Source: a bacterium (GTDB lineage: Bacteria; CAIWAD01). Taken from it: a stretch of DNA of 64,000 nucleotides. Where the stretch lies: the NCBI GenBank assembly GCA_030429345.1, contig JAUIFJ010000015.1, positions 28,931 to 92,930 on the forward strand. The letters run 5' to 3'. Positions 58,370-64,000 of this stretch are shown here, one piece after another (position 1 is the first letter of the stretch; every line of letters begins with the position of its first letter). A program made the position numbers and the translations under genes. The notes under the pieces are model-generated. The model was given only the letters and a program-made list of their open reading frames with translations, was not told the origin of the DNA and did not search any database.

Positions 58370-59114
58370 CCTGAGGGTTCCTTTCCATGGGTTTCTCCCC
58401 CTCTGCGTCCTGCCAGGCCCGTTCGTCCGGATCCTGGTGCACGCGGGGCTTGAGTAAAAGTACCGCCAGATAAAACAGTGGCGTATCGAAGAGCGCGACC
58501 AGCACCTTGAAGAGGAAGCCGTTGAGCAGCAGGCCCCCGAAGCGGTCCCAGGCGATCACGCCGGCCAGGCAGAGCAGGAGCAGCACGGCGGCCGTGTCCA
58601 CAAGCTGGCTCACAATGGTCGAGCCGTTGTTGCGCAGCCAGAGGTGCTTGCCTTTCGTGAGACGCTTCCAGAAGTGGAAAACGCGAATATCGATGAACTG
58701 CGCCGCCAGGTAGGCCGACATGGAGGCGAAGACCGCGGGACCGAAAAGGCCGAAGACCCGGCCGAAGGTCTCGTCGTCGACGGGCGACCAGGCGGTCTGC
58801 GGCACGGCATTGGCGAGCATCACGATGCCCATCACGAAGAGGCTGGCGACGAAGCCGCTGAAGACGACCCAGTTGGCCCGCCGCCTGCCGTAGAGCTCGC
58901 TGATGATGTCGGTCACCAGGAAGGTCACCGGATATGGCAGGATGCCGACGCTGATCTCGAAAGTATACAGCCCGAAGGGCGTCCAGGTGAAGAACTTCTG
59001 GAAGATCAGGTTGCAGGCGACCAGCGAGCTGATGAAGATCGCCGCCAGCACCAGGAAGAGCACGCGCGCAAAATCGGTGATCTCGGGATGCTCCGTATAC
59101 GCAACCTGTTTCAC
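58362..59114 (-). CDS. Queuosine-precursor transporter YhhQ/DUF165 family
   Basis: Six TM helices are present. ...[19 protein letters not shown]... is the family motif. A GTG start overlaps the nth stop (GTGA). The longer track ORF is rejected. Confidence 0.65.
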   Translation of the reverse strand: MKQVAYTEHPEITDFARVLFLVLAAIFISSLVACNLIFQKFFTWTPFGLYTFEISVGILPYPVTFLVTDIISELYGRRRANWVVFSGFVASLFVMGIVMLANAVPQTAWSPVDDETFGRVFGLFGPAVFASMSAYLAAQFIDIRVFHFWKRLTKGKHLWLRNNGSTIVSQLVDTAAVLLLLCLAGVIAWDRFGGLLLNGFLFKVLVALFDTPLFYLAVLLLKPRVHQDPDERAWQDAEGEKPMERNPQGE

Positions 59115-59761
59115 GCCGTCTTCCCCGCGGAGGGGCAGAGGTCGGCAAGCACGCAGCGGGCGCAGGCCGGGCGCCGGGCAATGCAGACCGCGCGGCCGTG
59201 CTCGATGACTCGGTGCGTCAGCCTGACCCACTCGGCGGGTTCGAAGAGGTCCATCAGTTCCCGTTCCAGTTTGACAGCATCCCTCGTCTTGCCGAAGCCC
59301 AGCAGGTTCATGATGCGGATCATGTGCGTGTCGATGACCATCGACGGCACGCCGAAGACTTCGCCCAGAATGCAGTTGGCCGTCTTGCGACCGACTCCCG
59401 GCAGCTTGACCAGCTCCTCCATCGTCCGGGGCACCTGCCCGCCATGGAGTTCGAGCACGGCCCGGCTCATACCGACGATGCTGCGCGCCTTCTGGTTGTG
59501 GTAGCCGCAACTGTGAATGTCGACCGCCAGCTCCGGCGCTTCGACAGAAGCGAAGGCCCTGGGCGAGCGGTACTTGCGAAACAGCGGCTTGCAGACCTGG
59601 TTGACACGCTCATCCGTGCATTGCGCCGAGAGGATTGTGGCAACCAGCAACTGGTGTGGGGTTTTGTAGTGCAGCGAGCAGCGGGCGTCCGGCCATTCTT
59701 TCGCCAGTCTGCGAACCACTTCGGCGGCCCGCTCCTGACGCTTTTTCCTGCTTTCCCTCAT
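59111..59761 (-). CDS. nth: Endonuclease III
   Basis: The helix-hairpin-helix LPGVGRKTANCIL and the catalytic VDTHMIRI are present. The [4Fe-4S] Cys cluster is CIARRPACARCVLADLC. Start is revised to the internal ATG. Confidence 0.85.
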   Translation of the reverse strand: MRESRKKRQERAAEVVRRLAKEWPDARCSLHYKTPHQLLVATILSAQCTDERVNQVCKPLFRKYRSPRAFASVEAPELAVDIHSCGYHNQKARSIVGMSRAVLELHGGQVPRTMEELVKLPGVGRKTANCILGEVFGVPSMVIDTHMIRIMNLLGFGKTRDAVKLERELMDLFEPAEWVRLTHRVIEHGRAVCIARRPACARCVLADLCPSAGKTA

Positions 59762-59929
59762 CGAAGCGGACTCCCCTGCAACTGGCCGGATCAGCATACC
59801 AATTCGGCAGGGTTCCTGCATGGAATCCCTTGGTGCGAAAGGGGCGCTCCCGCGCTTGATGGACCTGCACCCCTTCCGCATTGCGCAGGGCCTTGAGGCG
59901 CCCCGGAGCAGAAAAAGTTGGATGGCTTC

Positions 59930-59962
59930 CAGGACAAAAACCGGAAAGCGGCGATTTTCCGG
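59930..59962 (-). terminator. Orphan minus-strand terminator-like hairpin (ccggaaa-gcggcga-tttccgg plus T-run) with no annotated upstream gene
   Basis: It sits at the low-coordinate end of a roughly 1.1 kb gene-free region. Confidence 0.4.
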
Positions 59963-60977
59963 AAGGGAGCGGAGTCCGTGAAGTAGTTTTGATCTTCTTT
60001 TCTAGTTGATTTCTATTCGCTTAAGACCATTGCAACAGAAAATGCACAAAAAGATGAAACTGTAAGGTGCCAGCGATCAGCCTGTAAGAAATAGGGCCTA
60101 GATTTCCCCCCGAATTCGAAATCAAGCCCGGGGCGCCCAGTCGGGGGACCACGGCGCCCCGGGAGATTTCGAAGGCTTTCGACGCCAGGCGTCGATCCTC
60201 GACAGACCAACGCAGGGATGCCAGCAGCGGAGGCATTCCTTCAGCGGGACACCCGTGAACGGGTCTCCTTGAAGCGGCTCGGAACAAGAGATTCCGGGCC
60301 GCCGGAAACAGCGGCTTTCCCGTCCCGGAGCGGCCGGGGCGGGAAAACGGCCGCCACGAACAGCGAAACAGAATCGGCAAACACACAGCGCCGAGCTGGA
60401 AGTGGCCGCGAAGAGGCGGCCAGACAGGCGAAAGAAAAAGGAAAGAGACGCGAAGGCGTTCCGGGACCGTCGGTCGGGGGACACGGCGGTCCCGGAGCTT
60501 CGCACTCAGAATGCAGCACGGGCCAAAGCTCCTGGTGCGCATGAAAGCGAAACAAGAGTTCTCTTCTTCCATAAAAATTCCGCCCTGGACAAGGGAGTCG
60601 GCGCCGGTGGGGACAGGCCCGGACGAACCGACAGGGCGGTTTTGATTCTGCGCATGGCCGCAGGGAGATTCTGGTGAACTGCCCGATCCGGCGGGTGGTG
60701 GAAGGTCTCCCCGCGGTTTTGCAGCATTTCGACTCCTTCTATTAGCCGCAACACCACCTTCCCATGTCACCCTATACACATGAGAACATCTTTCACTTCC
60801 GGGATCCTTAACTGAAAGGCGATGGTGGGCCTAGTGAAAGCTGCAATAGCGATACTAGACTAAAACGAACAGCTACTCCTGATCTTGACACATAAATCAG
60901 GCTTCACCAGTCACATTTAGTCAATACAAGCGACTGGGGTGTAGCGAACAATGAACACACTGTTGAGGGGAAAACTC

Positions 60978-63548
60978 ATGCGCACCTCTTTCCAGCCAGT
61001 ACTCCGACTTCGAGCTTTAGGCCGCCTTTGCTTCGCTGCGGTCGTCGGTCTGCCAAGCTTGGTCGATTCAGCCATGGCCGAGGACATTGCCTTTGCGTCA
61101 GAAGAGGTCTTGGCCGGGGATTTAATCCGACCCATAGGTTTAGCTGGAGCAGACATTGATGGCGATGGAGACGATGATGTAGTAGCCACCTTCAACGGTT
61201 CGGATCACATTGTCTGGTTGGAAAACACAAACGGTCAGGGTACAGAGACCCGGCGTCATGTCATTTCGGATCAGCTGATCGAACCGCGTTGGGTACAATG
61301 CAGAGATCTGGACGCGGACGGGGATCTCGACATCATCGTGAACAGCGTTTCACTGGATGACGGGTTCTTGTACTGGTACGAAAACCTGGACGGTGCGGGC
61401 GGCTTCGGCCCGGGACACCAGATAGGAGATAGCGGGCTGGCCTTCCAAGGTCTGGACATTGTCGACATTGATGAAGACGGCGACCTGGATGTTCTTTCCA
61501 CCAGCGCAAATCTGGCGTTGTACTTCGAGAACACCGACGGTCAGGGTGCCTTTGCCGATGAACAGATTCTCTTGCAGACGGATCACAACCTGCAAAATAT
61601 CTACGCCATGGAGTTGGACGGAGATGAGACCATGGAATTCGTCCTTAGTACAGGACTAGAGGACGAATCGGCCAGTGTGTATGTGGTTCAGCAGACACAA
61701 AACGGTTTCGCTCTTTCGCAGTCATTCTCTTTTGACGGCTATCCAATGAAAATCGTACAGGGAGATCTGGACCAGGATGGAGACCAGGACTTTGCAGCAA
61801 CACTGTTCTCCTCTCAAGCCGGGATAGGCCTTGTCTGGTTTATGCAGGAAAATGACTCAACCCTGTTTACACTCCAGGACCCTATCGTCAATGGGTCCGA
61901 TTGGGGTGGGCGAGGTCTGCTGGCCTTGGATACCGATAACAACGGCACATACGAACTGGTTGCAAGCTTTCTGAATACGGGAACTGCTGCATGGCAAGAA
62001 GAGCTACGCAGATACCACTACGACGAGGAGAGCACGGCCTTTGTGGGCGAGGTACTGGCTGAAGATTTTCGCAGCAATCCGATATCCCTTGAACTTGCGG
62101 ATCTGGATGGGGATGGATACAAGGACTTTCTTGCAGCAAGTCAGTACAAGGGAGTCGGATGGTTCAAGAATCCTGGAACGGAGAATAGCACCGCCCACTA
62201 CAGCACCCTGACCCCATACCTGGGCCAACAACCGGAACTCCTGGTAACAGACCTGGAGGCGGATGGACATGTCGACATCGTTGCAGTGACACTGGGAGGA
62301 ACGACTCTTCACAACTACTTGCCCAGCGGTATTGAGTATCACTCCCACCTGTTCTCAAGTTCGGGTGAAAACCCAGGACTTACGCTCTTCGAAGAAGCAC
62401 AAACACCCCATCTTGTCTACGCCGCATCTGGAGCCGTAGCTATCATGGAGTACGACGCAATTCAGCGCACCTTCGTTCTTGAGCAGGAGCTTGTCTCTGA
62501 CTTTGAGACCAGGCACACGGAGCTTATAGACCTGGATGATGATGGCGATCTGGACATTATTGGCTGGGAGCATGTGGATCACGATTGGGATTGGGCCGGT
62601 GGAGCTGCCCATCTATTCATGATGTCGGATTCACTGCAGGGCTACGAGCCAGCATTGTACCTTGGATTCGACGATGTATACGACATCGTTTGCGGGGACT
62701 TTGACGACGACGGCGACATGGACATTGTTAAGGCCGGCACTTGGCAACTGTCCTTCATGGAAAACAATGGTGAGGGTGAGTTTTCTGCCGACTCAATTGA
62801 TTCATCGATCGCAGCACCTGGTGCTCTTGCGACGGTGGATATCGACCTGGATGGTGACCTGGACCTCGTTGTTGGTTCAACGGAGAGGCCAAATTCGTAC
62901 TACGGGACACTTGCCTGGATTGAGAACAGAATCTCGAGCGATGGTGGCTGGGTCGTCAATGAACTCCATACTCACTTACCACGATACTCAGTTGATACAC
63001 CCGATTTGGACCAGGACGGGGATCCGGATATACTGACGAGTTCCGGCTCAGATGTACTGTGGCATGAAAATCTGGATGGCAACGGCACCTTCAGCGAAGC
63101 CCGATTCATACGGGATGTACCCTGGTCGCACTACTGCTACGCCGTATCCACTGGCGACATCAATGGAGACGGCTTGTTGGATGTGATCGCAATGATCGAG
63201 GAGGGATACGAATCGAGCATTCTCTGGTTTGAAAACCAGGGTGCCGTGTCCGTCGAGGACTATGGGACTTCCTTCAGGCAGCCCCAATCCATGGCGCTGT
63301 TATCCGTTTACCCAAATCCCTTCAACCCGCAGACCCTCATCCGCCTGGAGCTGGTCCAGCCAGCAATTGCGGAAGTGGGCGTCTACAATCTGGCCGGACA
63401 ACTGGTACGTACCGTGCATCACGGCAACTTGCCGAAAGGTACGACGGAACTGGTCTTCGACGGCAGTGCCCTGGGCAGCGGGATGTATGTTGTCCAGGCC
63501 GAGACAAAATACCAGGTCGTTAGGGAAAAGGTGCTTCTGCTGAAGTGA
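60978..63548 (+). CDS. FG-GAP/VCBS-repeat (integrin-alpha-like beta-propeller) secreted protein with T9SS C-terminal domain
   Basis: Multiple D.DGDGD.D Ca-binding FG-GAP repeats are present. The C-terminus ...LSVYPNPFNPQTLIRLEL...VGVYNLAGQLV... is a T9SS CTD. Start is the ATG at 60978, preceded by GAGGGGAAAA (60951 is an alternative). GC is about 52%. Confidence 0.75.
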   Translation: MRTSFQPVLRLRALGRLCFAAVVGLPSLVDSAMAEDIAFASEEVLAGDLIRPIGLAGADIDGDGDDDVVATFNGSDHIVWLENTNGQGTETRRHVISDQLIEPRWVQCRDLDADGDLDIIVNSVSLDDGFLYWYENLDGAGGFGPGHQIGDSGLAFQGLDIVDIDEDGDLDVLSTSANLALYFENTDGQGAFADEQILLQTDHNLQNIYAMELDGDETMEFVLSTGLEDESASVYVVQQTQNGFALSQSFSFDGYPMKIVQGDLDQDGDQDFAATLFSSQAGIGLVWFMQENDSTLFTLQDPIVNGSDWGGRGLLALDTDNNGTYELVASFLNTGTAAWQEELRRYHYDEESTAFVGEVLAEDFRSNPISLELADLDGDGYKDFLAASQYKGVGWFKNPGTENSTAHYSTLTPYLGQQPELLVTDLEADGHVDIVAVTLGGTTLHNYLPSGIEYHSHLFSSSGENPGLTLFEEAQTPHLVYAASGAVAIMEYDAIQRTFVLEQELVSDFETRHTELIDLDDDGDLDIIGWEHVDHDWDWAGGAAHLFMMSDSLQGYEPALYLGFDDVYDIVCGDFDDDGDMDIVKAGTWQLSFMENNGEGEFSADSIDSSIAAPGALATVDIDLDGDLDLVVGSTERPNSYYGTLAWIENRISSDGGWVVNELHTHLPRYSVDTPDLDQDGDPDILTSSGSDVLWHENLDGNGTFSEARFIRDVPWSHYCYAVSTGDINGDGLLDVIAMIEEGYESSILWFENQGAVSVEDYGTSFRQPQSMALLSVYPNPFNPQTLIRLELVQPAIAEVGVYNLAGQLVRTVHHGNLPKGTTELVFDGSALGSGMYVVQAETKYQVVREKVLLLK

Positions 63549-63580
63549 TTGGTTACTGTCCAGGAGCAAAGGGTCTGTTC

Positions 63581-63823
63581 ATGACAAGGCAAACGATCGG
63601 GTCCCGTAAAACAAAGACTCCCCTGGACGACCAGCCCTTCCGCTGGCAAGCGGCGGGAGAGGACCGTATACAGATCTTCTGGGAAGGGCGCGTCGTGACC
63701 ACGGTCTCCGGCAAGGCGGGACTGAAGCTGAAACACAAGCTCGAGCAGGCCGACGAGCTGGAAACCCAGCACCTGCTGGCCCGCGCCACAGGCAACTTCC
63801 GCCGGGGGAACGAGAGGGGATGA
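63581..63823 (+). CDS. Hypothetical small protein (80 aa)
   Basis: It is an ORF with higher GC than the upstream gene. A strong terminator follows it. No family was recognised. Confidence 0.35.
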   Translation: MTRQTIGSRKTKTPLDDQPFRWQAAGEDRIQIFWEGRVVTTVSGKAGLKLKHKLEQADELETQHLLARATGNFRRGNERG

Positions 63824-63870
63824 AGACCTCGCACGGAGGCCGCAGAGGGGGCGGAGAGCACAGGGAAGAA

Positions 63871-63910
63871 CAAAAGGGGGGCGTCGCGAAGCGACGCCCC
63901 CCTTTTCACT
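63871..63910 (+). terminator. Rho-independent terminator
   Basis: The sequence aaaaggggggcgtcgcgaagcgacgccccccttttcac is a GC stem with a T-run. Confidence 0.7.
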
Positions 63911-64000
63911 ACTCCTAAGGGACGCTTGTCATATATGGTCCGTCCCTTTCCTGCAATTGAATCCATGCGATTTTGAAGCAGCGCTGCGGTCATATATCCG

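Noticed and set aside
60021-60779. 252-aa minus-strand ORF and 108-aa plus-strand ORF in the nth / FG-GAP intergenic region
   Set aside because: Both are Arg/Pro/Gly-rich low-complexity translations with no SD or start context. The region is more plausibly non-coding structured DNA or RNA.
60885-60890. Perfect TTGACA hexamer upstream of the FG-GAP gene
   Set aside because: No acceptable -10 hexamer lies 16-19 nt downstream, so it was not annotated as a promoter.

Overview
This is a 64 kb window of high-GC (about 65-70%) bacterial chromosome. Reading the ORF track against the sequence shows its 'M' start residues include GTG/TTG codons, so starts are revised below. Shine-Dalgarno sites (GGAGG) are used. 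Five proteins end in a Bacteroidota-type T9SS C-terminal sorting domain, which suggests an FCB-group or Gemmatimonadota-like lineage (inference only).

Most of the window is coding. Notable content, in order along the window:
- A minus-strand block runs phoB, phoR, nucleotidyltransferase, a SusC-like TonB-dependent receptor, an acidic surface lipoprotein, a terminator, then a second TonB receptor.
- A central housekeeping stretch holds an XRE regulator, two MenA-like UbiA prenyltransferases, a CoA-transferase, an Ada-like AraC-MGMT fusion, a hybrid histidine kinase, aroC, a fatty-acid desaturase, a YyaL thioredoxin-domain protein, mnmA, a Rieske protein, RarD, an SDR, moaA and an SPFH protein.
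- tRNA-Gln(CUG) and tRNA-Thr(CGU) sit near aqpZ.
- Two giant tandem paralogous T9SS-secreted repeat proteins (2065 and about 1720 aa) lie on a roughly 6.7 kb segmental duplication.
- Downstream are a NYN+cold-shock-domain protein, a PTS block (EI, HPr, IIC, IID), polyprenyl synthase, a response regulator, mpl, a GNAT, an RDD protein, folE, yhhQ and nth.
- Lower-GC islands at both window ends encode further T9SS cargo proteins, including an FG-GAP protein.

Non-coding structure worth a second look:
- A 308-bp tandem array (20995-21628) built from inverted double hairpins.
- A six-copy intergenic repeat family of about 85 bp.
- A 7-nt microsatellite expanded in one paralogous intergenic copy.
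- An identical 23-nt direct-repeat motif shared by two unrelated promoter regions.
- A roughly 1.1 kb gene-free region with paired stem-loops and an orphan terminator.

No rRNA, CRISPR, IS element or transposase was found. Every call is from reading the sequence and remembered family signatures. No searches were run.
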